In this document: positions 1 to 9,708 of the stretch, one piece after another
Numbering within the stretch: position 1 is the first letter of the stretch
How the letters are laid out: each line of letters opens with the position of its first letter
NCBI GenBank assembly: GCA_045539625.1
Contig: JAZQFS010000064.1
Span: forward strand, 4,891 to 68,890
Source: Eubacteriales bacterium
GTDB lineage: Bacteria > Bacillota > Clostridia > Oscillospirales > CAG-382
Length of the DNA: 64,000 nt
Direction: 5' to 3'
The notes under the pieces: generated by a model
Databases searched by the model: none
Told to the model about the DNA's origin: nothing
Seen by the model: only the letters and a program-made list of their open reading frames with translations
Program-made: the position numbers and the translations under genes

Positions 1-1
1 A

Positions 2-1096
2 AATGACGAAAAGCTCCGTGAATACGGCAAATTTATATCAGATGCCTACAGCAAGCAAAAAGAGATAATCCTTGAGGCGACAAACGGCAAAGCACAGTAT
101 TTTACGTCAACTCTTTGGATGGAAGGCTCACTTCTTGCACAAAAGGATGCCGTACAGTTTCCCCAAAACGTAACGGTGATTTTTGCCGACAACGGACCAA
201 ATCAGATGTACGGTCCCGATTTTCACACAGTGCCCCGCAAGGACGGCACAACCTACGGAATATACTATCACGTGCAGTACTGGGATTACGGTCCTCATAT
301 GGCGCCTATGACAGGTATCGACAAGCTTCATTATAATCTGAAAAAAGCTTATGACAAGGGTGATAACACCTACTGTATTCTCAATTCCTCGTCCTTCCGT
401 GAGTTTACCTTTGAGCTGGGTGCATACGGCAGTATGATGTGGAATATGGAGGGCTTTGACAAGCAAGCTTATTATGAAGAATACGGCAAGGCTTTCGGTG
501 AGCATAAAGATGCGGTGACACAGGCTGTAAAAAAATATTTTGATAGCGTGGCTACGCTTCCCAACAAAAGTCTTACAAAGCATCACGGAAAATACTTCAA
601 TTACAATATTGACGAAATTGCCGACGGCGTGAAAAACTGTGTTATAAAGGATTGCTTTGCACTACGCCACGGAAATATGCTGGTGTCGGGTATAAATAAG
701 CCTCTCTGCGAAGAGGTGCATAACGAAATTTATGAGGCAATAAAGAAAGCCGTTCCAAAATATGAACAGCTCTTCTCGGAGCTTGACGGAATTGTAAAAA
801 AGCTGCCTGATGCACAAGCACTTCACGTAAAGACAAAATGGCAGAATTACTGCAGTATTATGCTTAATCTTTATAAGTGGTATACCTTTGTTTATGAGGC
901 AAAGAAATGCTATGACGAAAGGAATTTGACGGAATACGGGGACAAGGTAAAGCTTGCCGTACAAAGCCTTGAAGCTCTGTTGGATTTCAGAAAATGCGCC
1001 GAATACGGTGTGTTTGAAAACTGGTACAGGGGCGACGATAAGATGAATTTGATAACGGCTCTTGAAAAGACAAAAAAACTTGCACAAATACAGTGA
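2..1096 (+). CDS. GH115-like glycoside hydrolase (alpha-glucuronidase-like), 5'-truncated by window edge
   Basis: Frame open from base 2. Motifs VIFADNG and GIYYHVQYW resemble the GH115 DDN..G and G.YYH motifs. A hexuronate operon lies nearby. Confidence 0.55.
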   Translation, partial: NDEKLREYGKFISDAYSKQKEIILEATNGKAQYFTSTLWMEGSLLAQKDAVQFPQNVTVIFADNGPNQMYGPDFHTVPRKDGTTYGIYYHVQYWDYGPHMAPMTGIDKLHYNLKKAYDKGDNTYCILNSSSFREFTFELGAYGSMMWNMEGFDKQAYYEEYGKAFGEHKDAVTQAVKKYFDSVATLPNKSLTKHHGKYFNYNIDEIADGVKNCVIKDCFALRHGNMLVSGINKPLCEEVHNEIYEAIKKAVPKYEQLFSELDGIVKKLPDAQALHVKTKWQNYCSIMLNLYKWYTFVYEAKKCYDERNLTEYGDKVKLAVQSLEALLDFRKCAEYGVFENWYRGDDKMNLITALEKTKKLAQIQ

Positions 1097-1104
1097 ATAT
1101 TTCC

Positions 1105-1137
1105 AAACCGCTTCATTATGAGGCGGTTGTTTTTTTG
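1105..1137 (+). terminator. Intrinsic terminator
   Basis: AACCGCTTC-ATTAT-GAGGCGGTT hairpin followed by a T tract. Confidence 0.75.
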
Positions 1138-1239
1138 AAAAATGATACTAAAGTTTAAGTTTGCTTGCGGTTGCGAGAAATAAAACAACCATCAGTTGAT
1201 TTAGCGTAAAAATTGTCGCGTTTTGTAACTGAAAAGGAG

Positions 1240-1268
1240 TTGACAATGTTGGTAAATTGTGCTATAAA
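1240..1268 (+). promoter_or_regulatory. Sigma-A promoter for the 1330 gene
   Basis: TTGACA-17 bp-TATAAA with extended TGn. Confidence 0.7.
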
Positions 1269-1329
1269 TACAATTGTAGTATGAATAAAATTAATTAATT
1301 TGTACAAAAAAACAAAGGAGAAATCTATC

Positions 1330-4300
1330 ATGAAACAGTTTTTAAGTGTTTTATTGGCAATTGCAACTGTTCTTTCCACGGTGAGCTTTGCTGCTCCCAT
1401 GATGGTGGGGACTGTTGACAGTGCGGCAGAGGTTGTCCTGACAGAAAATCAGTTATCTGCCGAGAAGGAGGAAAAAGCAACTGTTGCTGCTGAAGACCTT
1501 GGCGAAGAGGTTATTCTTAAGGAATTTACCTTTGATACCGACGCCGAAGGCTGGTATGTTGAGGATGTGGGTAAAGGTTACAGCGGCGGTATTGACGGAA
1601 ACGGTCTGTTTACCATAACAAGTGATGCAGACTGCAGAGACCCAAGAATAACAAACAAGAGTCTTTCCTTGAAAACACAGTATGTTACAAAGATTGAAGT
1701 TAAGGTAAAGAAGTCCTGTGCCGAAGGTCAGAACTTCCAGATTTTCTATATGTGTAACGGCGGAGGTGCCAATGCGGCAAACATGGTTCAGAAGGCTTAC
1801 TCCACTACAAATGAGTGGAACGTTCTGACATTTGAAACCTCAACCTTTACAGGTACCTGGGAAGGCAGATTCACAGGTATGCGCCTTGATGCAGGTAATA
1901 TTGCAGAGGCTGTGTATTCTCTTGACTATATAAGAATTTACGGCTATGTTGCACCTGTCAACTTTAAGCCCGGCTATAATATGCTTACAGGTACAGAAGA
2001 TGCAATGGATTTTGATGACCTTACAAACACAACAGCAAGCGACGGAAGCCTTGAAGACTCAGAGGGCAAAGTGCTCTTTACTTATAACACGGCACAGACA
2101 TCTACTCTCAGTGTTGTAGATTCTCCCGTTGCCGGCGAAACAGGCAAGTCCCTTATGTTCAGCGGATATCTTTATGAAAAAGCACAGGCTAAGACAAGCT
2201 ACGAGCTTTATCCTCAGCTTTATACAAAAGACGTAGTAAGATATGAAGCACCTGAAGACGGAAGACCTGTTCTTATCAAGTACGACATTTTCTCTCAGAA
2301 GCAGTTTGATGAATCTACCACAGCTTATACAACCGGTGCAACCTCATCATATCCTTTGTTCAGAGACAAGCTTAACGGCAAGGGTAACGGTGCATACAGT
2401 TATAGCTGCTATGCTTATAATGAATCTCCTGCATGGACTCACGCTCACGTGCTTGATGAAAACAGCGGCACTGCGGGACTTGCAAACATTCAGCTTACGG
2501 CACACCTTAATGCTGATGGATATAACAAGGCTACAAATAAAACCGTAGGAGATACATCTGATGACGTAGATGTTGTACGTCATTATATGGATAACCTCGG
2601 CTTCTATCCTTACTATAAGGTAACTTACATGAACGGTGACAGCGTTGTTGATACAAAGTGGGTGCTTGCAGATGCAAACGGCAACCTTCTTAAAGTTTTC
2701 AACCCCGCAGCTCAGGGAGTTGCTCTTCCCGAAGGCAAGGTGGGTTGGTCGCTGACAAAAGACGGCATAGCTTCCAAGAATATTCCTCTTGAAAACAAGG
2801 ATATCGTTGTTTATGCCGTTGATGCTAATTTTAGACCCGGTATCAATATTCTTACAGGAACAGAAGAGCTTCAGGGCTTTGAAAATCTTGGCGAAATCAG
2901 CTATGATAAGAGCAAGTATATTCTGTATGCCGAAAACGGTATGTCCGTTGCAGCTGCAGGAGACAATAATATTAAGCTTACCGTAGATGCGTCCCCCGTT
3001 GGAAGCGGCAAGGCTCTTAAGCTTTACGATTATACGGGTGTTACCTCAAATCTGTCGTATACTGCAGTGCATTTTGAAACTGCAGGCTTCGAAAAGCCTT
3101 CCGATTCAAGACCTGTATTTATAACCTTTGACACACTGCTTGCAAATGCAGATAATACGGGTGCAGGATGCGGAACCTTCTGGGTACTCAAGGGTAATGC
3201 ATCAACACTTCATTCCCTCAAAATTTCGAATATGCCTGTATATAATAAGGGTGCAGAAAACATGGCTTGGGGACACTATTTTGCAAAAGACAGTGTAACA
3301 GGCGGTACTGATTTGTCCTATATTCAGTTCCAGTACAGAGCTAAAACAGACGATGGCTTCGGCGAAAACGAGCCCAATCACTATTTTGATAACATGGGTT
3401 ACTATCCTTACTATAAGGTAACCTATATGAACGGCGACAGCGTTGTTGATACAAAGTGGATTCTTGATGACGGCAACGGCAATATTCTTGACAGCTTCGA
3501 TCCTGCAAATCAGGGCGTTGAGTATCCCGAAGGAAAGAACGGCTGGGCTCTTACCGATGGCGGAGAAAAGGCAAGCTTGGTGGCTTTGGAAAATGAAGAC
3601 ATTGTTCTTTATGCAGTTGCAGGTACACCTGACAGCAATGATGAATTGCTTTATGCGTATGAGTTTAATGATGAAAGCAGTGTAGATTACGTTTATGCAA
3701 CTCGTTCCTCCACAGGTGTTACTTATAATGACGGTAATGCAGTTGTTATGAGTGATATAATGGCAACCGCCGGCAACTGGGATACTATTCTTTACTTCAG
3801 AGAGAATAGTGATGCAGCACGTCCTAAGATTAAAATAAAAGATATTAAGAGAATAGCGGTGAGAATCAGACCCACACAGCTTGATACCTACACAAAAGAA
3901 TCTGATAAAGCCGATGAAACAACAGGAGAAAAGCCTACATATACCCAGGATTGGTCGTCAACAAGCTTTGAAAGTTCTCTTGCAGCTTCTTCATGCCAGA
4001 TAATTATGAAGTCTGCATCAAGTGCTTGGCTTTATCCCGTAAGTAAGTATTACAGAGATGTACAGGCTGACGAAGACGGCTATTATATCTTCGACGTAAA
4101 TGTTACCGGTTCTGCATATAATTTTGATGAATATGTTACGGAGCTCAGACTTGACGGAACAAGTATTCTCAGTAAGTGGGAAGTTGACTATGTTCGTATA
4201 TACGGCAACAGAGGAGCGGAATTTACTCCCGTTGTCACAGCTCCTCAAAAGAGAGAAGGCTATTCACTGAGAGTTGACAATGCCGAAACTACAGGTGTAC

Positions 4301-4755
4301 GCTTTAAAGCGGCAATATCAGATGAAGCAAGAGAAAACAAGAATCTTACCGAATACGGCTGGATAGTTGCTCTTGCAGATACATTGGGCACAAGCGAGCT
4401 TACACATCAGTTCAAGTCAACAAACGGCAAGAAGTCTTATGTAACAGGAAAGTCATACGGAACGGTTGACGGAAACAAGATAGACAAGATTTACGAAACC
4501 GAAGAAGGTTATAAGATATTTACTGCAGTAATTACAGGTATTCCCGCAGATAAGGCAGATAAGTATCTTGTAGTACGTCCTTACAGCGTTGTAGGCGGTG
4601 CGTATGTATACGGTGAAAGCCGAATCACCAGCCCCAGAGAAGTAGGTCAGAAGATTTACGACAAGTGGGTAGAAGCAGGCGCCGATGAAAACGATACAAA
4701 CGACGACTACATCAAGTATAAGGATTATATTGACACTCTCGGTATTACAAAGTAA
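1330..4755 (+). CDS. Large secreted modular protein A (signal peptide, RLD-type domain, 2 cassette repeats, RLD-type domain, conserved C-terminal domain)
   Basis: GGAG RBS 9 nt before ATG 1330. Hydrophobic signal peptide. Internal PG.N.LTG...PYYKVTYMNG repeats. Paralogous to 12126..15866. Confidence 0.85.
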   Translation: MKQFLSVLLAIATVLSTVSFAAPMMVGTVDSAAEVVLTENQLSAEKEEKATVAAEDLGEEVILKEFTFDTDAEGWYVEDVGKGYSGGIDGNGLFTITSDADCRDPRITNKSLSLKTQYVTKIEVKVKKSCAEGQNFQIFYMCNGGGANAANMVQKAYSTTNEWNVLTFETSTFTGTWEGRFTGMRLDAGNIAEAVYSLDYIRIYGYVAPVNFKPGYNMLTGTEDAMDFDDLTNTTASDGSLEDSEGKVLFTYNTAQTSTLSVVDSPVAGETGKSLMFSGYLYEKAQAKTSYELYPQLYTKDVVRYEAPEDGRPVLIKYDIFSQKQFDESTTAYTTGATSSYPLFRDKLNGKGNGAYSYSCYAYNESPAWTHAHVLDENSGTAGLANIQLTAHLNADGYNKATNKTVGDTSDDVDVVRHYMDNLGFYPYYKVTYMNGDSVVDTKWVLADANGNLLKVFNPAAQGVALPEGKVGWSLTKDGIASKNIPLENKDIVVYAVDANFRPGINILTGTEELQGFENLGEISYDKSKYILYAENGMSVAAAGDNNIKLTVDASPVGSGKALKLYDYTGVTSNLSYTAVHFETAGFEKPSDSRPVFITFDTLLANADNTGAGCGTFWVLKGNASTLHSLKISNMPVYNKGAENMAWGHYFAKDSVTGGTDLSYIQFQYRAKTDDGFGENEPNHYFDNMGYYPYYKVTYMNGDSVVDTKWILDDGNGNILDSFDPANQGVEYPEGKNGWALTDGGEKASLVALENEDIVLYAVAGTPDSNDELLYAYEFNDESSVDYVYATRSSTGVTYNDGNAVVMSDIMATAGNWDTILYFRENSDAARPKIKIKDIKRIAVRIRPTQLDTYTKESDKADETTGEKPTYTQDWSSTSFESSLAASSCQIIMKSASSAWLYPVSKYYRDVQADEDGYYIFDVNVTGSAYNFDEYVTELRLDGTSILSKWEVDYVRIYGNRGAEFTPVVTAPQKREGYSLRVDNAETTGVRFKAAISDEARENKNLTEYGWIVALADTLGTSELTHQFKSTNGKKSYVTGKSYGTVDGNKIDKIYETEEGYKIFTAVITGIPADKADKYLVVRPYSVVGGAYVYGESRITSPREVGQKIYDKWVEAGADENDTNDDYIKYKDYIDTLGITK

Positions 4756-4784
4756 AAAACACACAGAAATGTGTTAATAATTGG

Positions 4785-4811
4785 AAAAAAGGCTCATATA
4801 GAGCCTTTTTT
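4785..4811. terminator. Bidirectional intrinsic terminator
   Basis: AAAAAAGGCTC-ATATA-GAGCCTTTTTT between convergent genes. Confidence 0.85.
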
Positions 4812-4867
4812 CTTTGCTATATAACAAAAAGAACTGCTTACCATAAAGCAGCTCTTTTGTTTTGGAT

Positions 4868-5269
4868 TCAGTTAGCACAGTCCTTGCACATACCGGTGTA
4901 AAAGATTTCCTTTGTCTGTGCCTCAAAGCCTTCGGGCAAACAGTCAACAGGTACATCAACATCAAAGTCAAAGACGTTTTTGCAGCCGTTGCAAAGAAAA
5001 TGTCCGTGGTGGTCGGTACAGGCATCAAAGCGAGCCTGCTGTTCCTCGATGGTAAGCATTTTTATAACGCCTTCCTGGCTTAACAGCTTTACTGTGTTGT
5101 ATACTGTGGTCTTGGAAAGTGTAGGTGCTTTGGGTGAAAGCTCCTTGTAAATCTCATCAACCGTTGGATGTGTCCTGTGACTTAGCAGATAATCATATAT
5201 CATTACTCGTGTCAGCGACGGACGAATTCCTTTTTCCATCAGTTTTTCTGCTGAGGTCATGCTTGTCAC
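4868..5269 (-). CDS. perR: Fur-family repressor, PerR-like
   Basis: HPT and SKTTVYNT (PerR-type), HHGH, CxxC...CxxC. Confidence 0.8.
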   Translation of the reverse strand: MTSMTSAEKLMEKGIRPSLTRVMIYDYLLSHRTHPTVDEIYKELSPKAPTLSKTTVYNTVKLLSQEGVIKMLTIEEQQARFDACTDHHGHFLCNGCKNVFDFDVDVPVDCLPEGFEAQTKEIFYTGMCKDCAN

Positions 5270-5284
5270 ACTCCTTTGTAATAA

Positions 5285-5332
5285 TTGTATTGATTACAAA
5301 GTTATTATAACAACAAATCGGAAGTTTGTCAA
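5285..5332 (-). promoter_or_regulatory. perR promoter with overlapping operator
   Basis: TTGACA (5332-5327)-17 bp-TATAAT (5309-5304), then TTGTAATCAATACAA. A 32-bp stretch is identical to the rbr promoter. Confidence 0.85.
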
Positions 5333-5360
5333 GGGTTTTTGCCAAACTTTATTAAATTTA

Positions 5361-6149
5361 TCAATAAGAGTTACGTCTGTAAGAGCCGGGAGTAAAGCCC
5401 GTATTTTTCTTGAAAAGGGAATGGAAGTGGGATTCTGAAGAAAAACCGCATTTTTTTGATACCTCGTCAAGAGGAATATCGGTGTTAATCAGATAATCCT
5501 TTGCGGCGTTAAGTCGAAGCTCGGTAAGGTATTGGTGGGGAGAAAAGCCCAGCTCCTGCTTAAAAAGACGAAGAACGTGCAGATGGGAGTAACCGCAAAG
5601 CCTTCCGAGGTCGCAAAGTGCAATGTTTTCGCTGTAATGTGACTGCATATAATCAAGGCAGATTTTGACACAGCTGCTGTATTTTTTACCTGAAACAACG
5701 TGGTCAAACAGCCTGCAGATAAGTGACAGCAGCATGGAATTGAGCATCACCGACGAGGTGAGCGAGGCGTTTCTGAACAAGGTCACCATCTGCTCAAAAT
5801 CCTCTTTAAAGGCATTGGAGGCGTGAAAAAACTTAGGAAGAGCACTCAGAATGGGATTTGTGTATACAGTGCCACTTTCGCCAAGGTCAAAGTAAATTGT
5901 ATAACACTTGTAGTGGTGAACACTGCAAAGCAAATCACCGGGACGTGAGAAACGAATGTCGCCGGGGTGAACTTTGTGAAGCACGCCGTCTATAATAACA
6001 CTGCCTTCACCTTCAAAATAAAAAGCAAGCTCATAGCAAAGAGCATAACGCTGCTTGCTTTTCCCCACGGGAGCAAATCTTGTATCGAAGTGGCGGCACA
6101 GTGATATTTTTGGCAGCATCTCTTCGGGAGCAAGATATATATCTGACAC
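5361..6149 (-). CDS. AraC-family regulator, divergent from uxaC
   Basis: N-terminal cupin and C-terminal double HTH (GFSSESHFHSLFKK). GTG start with GGAGG RBS. Confidence 0.9.
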   Translation of the reverse strand: MSDIYLAPEEMLPKISLCRHFDTRFAPVGKSKQRYALCYELAFYFEGEGSVIIDGVLHKVHPGDIRFSRPGDLLCSVHHYKCYTIYFDLGESGTVYTNPILSALPKFFHASNAFKEDFEQMVTLFRNASLTSSVMLNSMLLSLICRLFDHVVSGKKYSSCVKICLDYMQSHYSENIALCDLGRLCGYSHLHVLRLFKQELGFSPHQYLTELRLNAAKDYLINTDIPLDEVSKKCGFSSESHFHSLFKKNTGFTPGSYRRNSY

Positions 6150-6202
6150 AAAGCTTCACCTCCATATGTAAATAAATCGCAATTTTGTGTAAACTTGCGG
6201 CA

Positions 6203-6231
6203 TTGACACCTATCTAAACATAGCATATAAT
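6203..6231 (+). promoter_or_regulatory. Sigma-A promoter of the hexuronate operon
   Basis: Perfect TTGACA-17 bp-TATAAT. Confidence 0.8.
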
Positions 6232-6285
6232 TAGAATAAAGTCAATAGCATAAAATGTAAATTTACAGCTTTACGGAGGGCGAAC

Positions 6286-7638
6286 GTGAAAGAAAACTAT
6301 ATGCTTTGCGACGGTTTTGCACTGTCGCTGTATGAAAAGTATGCAAAAAATCTGCCTGTAATTGACTATCACAACCACCTTGATGTCAAGGGCATTTCGG
6401 ATAACGTAAAAATAGAAAATATAACAAAGCTGTGGATTTCCTCCGATCCCTATAAGCACAGAGCAATGAGAATTTTAGGTGTTGAGGAAAAGTATATCAC
6501 GGGAAATGCAGATGACGGACAGAAGTTTGAAAAGTGGTATGAAAGCCTGCCTCTTCTTGCAGGGAATGTGCTTTTTGACTGGTCGGTAATGGAGCTTGAC
6601 AAGGTCTTGGGTGTTGACCTGCTATATGAGCTTGAAAAGGAAACTCCTGCCGAAGAAATGTGGCAAAGACTTAACGAAAAGGTGACGTCACTTACACCAA
6701 AACAAATTCTTTCCGGCTTTGACATTGAGTACCTGTCGCCTTGCGCCGCTTTTTGCGATGACCTTTCGGTGTTTGACGGACTTTGCAATATCCACCCGTC
6801 CTTAAGAGGCGATGACGGAACAAATGTGAGCGTTAGTACGGTCAAAGATTTGTCTCGGATAACGGGAGTAAAGATAATAAGCCTTGACGGCTACATATCC
6901 GCACTTGAAAAGAGAACAGCGGTTTTTGTAAAATACGGCTGTAAATTCTCAGACCATGCCGTGGACGACGGTTTTATATATTTTGAAGATGACGGCAAAA
7001 ATGAGGAGCGCTTCACAAAGCTTTTGTCAGGCTCAGAGCTGACGGCTGATGAAAAGCAAAGGCTGTACTGCTACGTACTTGTAAAGCTGTGCGGCATATA
7101 CGAAAAGTACGGCATCACGGTACAGCTTCATATGGGTGCTCTTCGCAAGACAAGCACACGTCTGAGAAATGTGGCAGGTCCTGCAGGAGGGTATGCTGCA
7201 ATGGGAAGCTGTGTGAAGGCCGACAGCATAACACGTATGCTTGACGATATAGAAAAATCGGGCTCACTTCCCAAAATTCTGCTGTTTAATCTTAATCCTT
7301 CGGATAATGCACTTATGGACACGCTTTGCGGCTCTTACAGCCGTGACGGAGTGATGAGCGTTGTGTCGAGAGGTCCTGCCTGGTGGTGGTGCGACCACTT
7401 AAAGGGGATAAATGATATGCTTGACAGCTTTTGTGCCTACAGTGTACTGTCCACCTTTACGGGAATGACAACCGACTCAAGAAGCCTGCTTTCCATAGTG
7501 AGACACGACTATTTCAGGCGTGTTCTGTGCTCGTACATAAGCAAAAAAGTGAAAGATGGAGCACTTGCTGACAGCGAAAAAATACTCGGCAAAATTGTTG
7601 AGAAAATGTGCTATAAAAACGCAAAAGAGTTAATATAG
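6286..7638 (+). CDS. uxaC: Glucuronate isomerase
   Basis: IDYHNHL, DPYKHRAMR, GPAWWWCDH, GMTTDSRS, RHDYFRRVLC. Confidence 0.9.
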   Translation: MKENYMLCDGFALSLYEKYAKNLPVIDYHNHLDVKGISDNVKIENITKLWISSDPYKHRAMRILGVEEKYITGNADDGQKFEKWYESLPLLAGNVLFDWSVMELDKVLGVDLLYELEKETPAEEMWQRLNEKVTSLTPKQILSGFDIEYLSPCAAFCDDLSVFDGLCNIHPSLRGDDGTNVSVSTVKDLSRITGVKIISLDGYISALEKRTAVFVKYGCKFSDHAVDDGFIYFEDDGKNEERFTKLLSGSELTADEKQRLYCYVLVKLCGIYEKYGITVQLHMGALRKTSTRLRNVAGPAGGYAAMGSCVKADSITRMLDDIEKSGSLPKILLFNLNPSDNALMDTLCGSYSRDGVMSVVSRGPAWWWCDHLKGINDMLDSFCAYSVLSTFTGMTTDSRSLLSIVRHDYFRRVLCSYISKKVKDGALADSEKILGKIVEKMCYKNAKELI

Positions 7639-7650
7639 GAGGAGCAAATA

Positions 7651-8568
7651 ATGATTAAGTTCAATGACAGAGAAGAAATAATCCAGCTTACACCTCTCTG
7701 GAAGGGTGAGCGTTTTGACGACGGACGTCCCAAGGTTGCGGACAAGCATCTTGATGCACTTGAAAAGATGACTCTTGAAGAGGTTTGGAAGCCTATATAT
7801 GTTCTCGGATACGAAAATCAGTTTGTGGGCGGCGGCGAAAATCCCCTTCAGGTGCTCCACGATGACGGCAGAAAGCTTATCGGAAGAGCCGTAACATGTT
7901 CATTCTGTCCCACACGTCCCGACCTTCACGAAACCATGTTCGGCATCGGTGCAGATGAGGGCAGAAAGGGAAACTACAATCAATGGGTTATTGACAGCCT
8001 TGTTGAAAGAGACGTTGTTGTTGCCGATATGTACGATAAAATCTATAAGGGTACATTTCTCGGCGGTAACCTTACAACTGCAATAAAGACAAGAACAAAA
8101 AACGGCGGTGCAGTAATCTGGGGCGGTATTCGTGACGTGGAACAGATGAAAAAGGTGCCCGATGTTCAGGTTTACTACAGAGGCATAGATCCTACACCTA
8201 TACGTGAGTTTGTTATGAAGAGCTTCAATTCCGTTACAAACTTCGGAGGCGCTGTTTGTCTTCCCGGTGACGTTGTGTTCGGTGCAGGCGGAGGAGTTCT
8301 GTTTATTCCCAGCCACCTTGTTGCAGATGTTGTTGAAGGTGCGGCAAAGACTCACGTTAAGGACGATTTCGGCTTTGAGATGATTGGTCAGAATAAGTTC
8401 ACAACCGCTCAGATTGACAGAAACACCTGGACTGTTGAAATGCTTGATATGCTTCTTGAATGGATTAATACCGATCCAAGAGGCGAACAGTACCGTGACC
8501 TTGATTGGTCAAAGGAATACGACCTTGCCATTAACGGCGATCCCAACGACACACAGACGGCACTTTGA
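7651..8568 (+). CDS. RraA/HMG-aldolase family protein
   Basis: LIGRAVT, LGGNLTTA..GAVIWGGIRD and PGDVVFG..GVLFIP motifs. Confidence 0.8.
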   Translation: MIKFNDREEIIQLTPLWKGERFDDGRPKVADKHLDALEKMTLEEVWKPIYVLGYENQFVGGGENPLQVLHDDGRKLIGRAVTCSFCPTRPDLHETMFGIGADEGRKGNYNQWVIDSLVERDVVVADMYDKIYKGTFLGGNLTTAIKTRTKNGGAVIWGGIRDVEQMKKVPDVQVYYRGIDPTPIREFVMKSFNSVTNFGGAVCLPGDVVFGAGGGVLFIPSHLVADVVEGAAKTHVKDDFGFEMIGQNKFTTAQIDRNTWTVEMLDMLLEWINTDPRGEQYRDLDWSKEYDLAINGDPNDTQTAL

Positions 8569-8569
8569 A

Positions 8570-8625
8570 AATAATGAATAATGAACAATGAATAATGAAT
8601 AATGAATAATGAATAATGAATAATT
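8570..8625. repeat. Heptamer tandem repeat (AATAATG)x8
   Basis: Six perfect and two variant units in the intergenic gap. Confidence 0.95.
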
Positions 8626-8678
8626 GAGGTTAGAATTTTTGCTGAATTTATCATTAAATGAATTGGAGAATTATCAAG

Positions 8679-9527
8679 ATGAGTACATATTTTGAAGGAA
8701 AAGTTGCAGTTGTTACAGGTGCAGGCGGAACGATATGCTCTGAAATTGCAAGAGACCTCGCAGGACTGGGAATAAAGATTGTGCTTGTGGGAAGAACAGC
8801 TGAAAAGCTTGAAAAGGTTGAAAAGGAAATAAAAGAAAAGGGCGGCACCTGTATGTGTGTGTCATGTGATGTTACAGATGAAAAGGCGGTTGAAGCGCTT
8901 GCTGAAACTGTAGAAAAAGAATACGGCGGCTGCGATTTTCTTATAAACGGTGCGGGCGGAAACAATCCAAAAGCAATGCCGACGGTAACTGCCTTTGACG
9001 AAAGAGAGCTTCAGGAAGAAAGACCTGAGGATTTCAAAGGCTTTTACAATATTGATATGCAGGCTTTTGAATCGGTGCTGAAAATTAACACCATGGGTAC
9101 GGTTTATCCCATAAAAGCCTTTGCAAAGCAAATGATTAAAAAAGGAAGCGGCAGTATAATAAACTTTGCCAGCATGAACAGCTACTGTCCTTTAACCCGT
9201 TGCTTTGCATATGCTATGAGCAAGGCGGCGGTTGTAAATCTTACCCAGTCCTTTGCGGCATACTTCGCAAATACGGGAATCAGAATCAACGCCATTGCTC
9301 CCGGTTTTATTGTAAATGAAAGAAGCAAGGCGTACCTTGGTACCGTTGAGGACGGTCTTACAAAAAGAGGACAGCAGGTTATAGGTCATACACCTATGGG
9401 TAAATTCGGCAAAGCACAGGATATTACAGGCTGTGTCCGCTGGCTTATCGATGAAAACGCTTCCTCCTTTGTGACGGGCACAACAATTCCTGTTGACGGC
9501 GGATTTTTGACACTCAGCGGTGTGTAG
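8679..9527 (+). CDS. uxuB: SDR-family D-mannonate oxidoreductase (fructuronate reductase)
   Basis: TGAGGTIC, INGAGGN, YAMSK, NAIAPG motifs. Located between uxaC and uxuA. RBS favours ATG 8679. Confidence 0.75.
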   Translation: MSTYFEGKVAVVTGAGGTICSEIARDLAGLGIKIVLVGRTAEKLEKVEKEIKEKGGTCMCVSCDVTDEKAVEALAETVEKEYGGCDFLINGAGGNNPKAMPTVTAFDERELQEERPEDFKGFYNIDMQAFESVLKINTMGTVYPIKAFAKQMIKKGSGSIINFASMNSYCPLTRCFAYAMSKAAVVNLTQSFAAYFANTGIRINAIAPGFIVNERSKAYLGTVEDGLTKRGQQVIGHTPMGKFGKAQDITGCVRWLIDENASSFVTGTTIPVDGGFLTLSGV

Positions 9528-9708
9528 ATTGTTGATGCTTTACGGATATTACTTCTCTTAAAAAGTAATCAAAAGAATTTATATCGGCTCAACCGACGAA
9601 AATGCTTTAAACGGAGACAGCCAAAATAAAGTTCTTGCGGAACTTCTTTCAAGAAGTGACCGTACTCCTGTCAAAAATAAAGTAACTATTTAGAAAGAAA
9701 GTGAAAAA

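Noticed and set aside
1300-1329. Longer starts in the ORF track (1300, 12036, 26372, 32033, 47530, 60133)
   Set aside because: RBS positions, signal peptides and promoters favour the downstream starts reported.
9545-9700. Possible degenerate interspersed repeat between uxuB and uxuA (ACTTCT-TTCA-AGAAGT hairpin)
   Set aside because: Single weak hairpin with no second copy in the window, so it cannot be supported.
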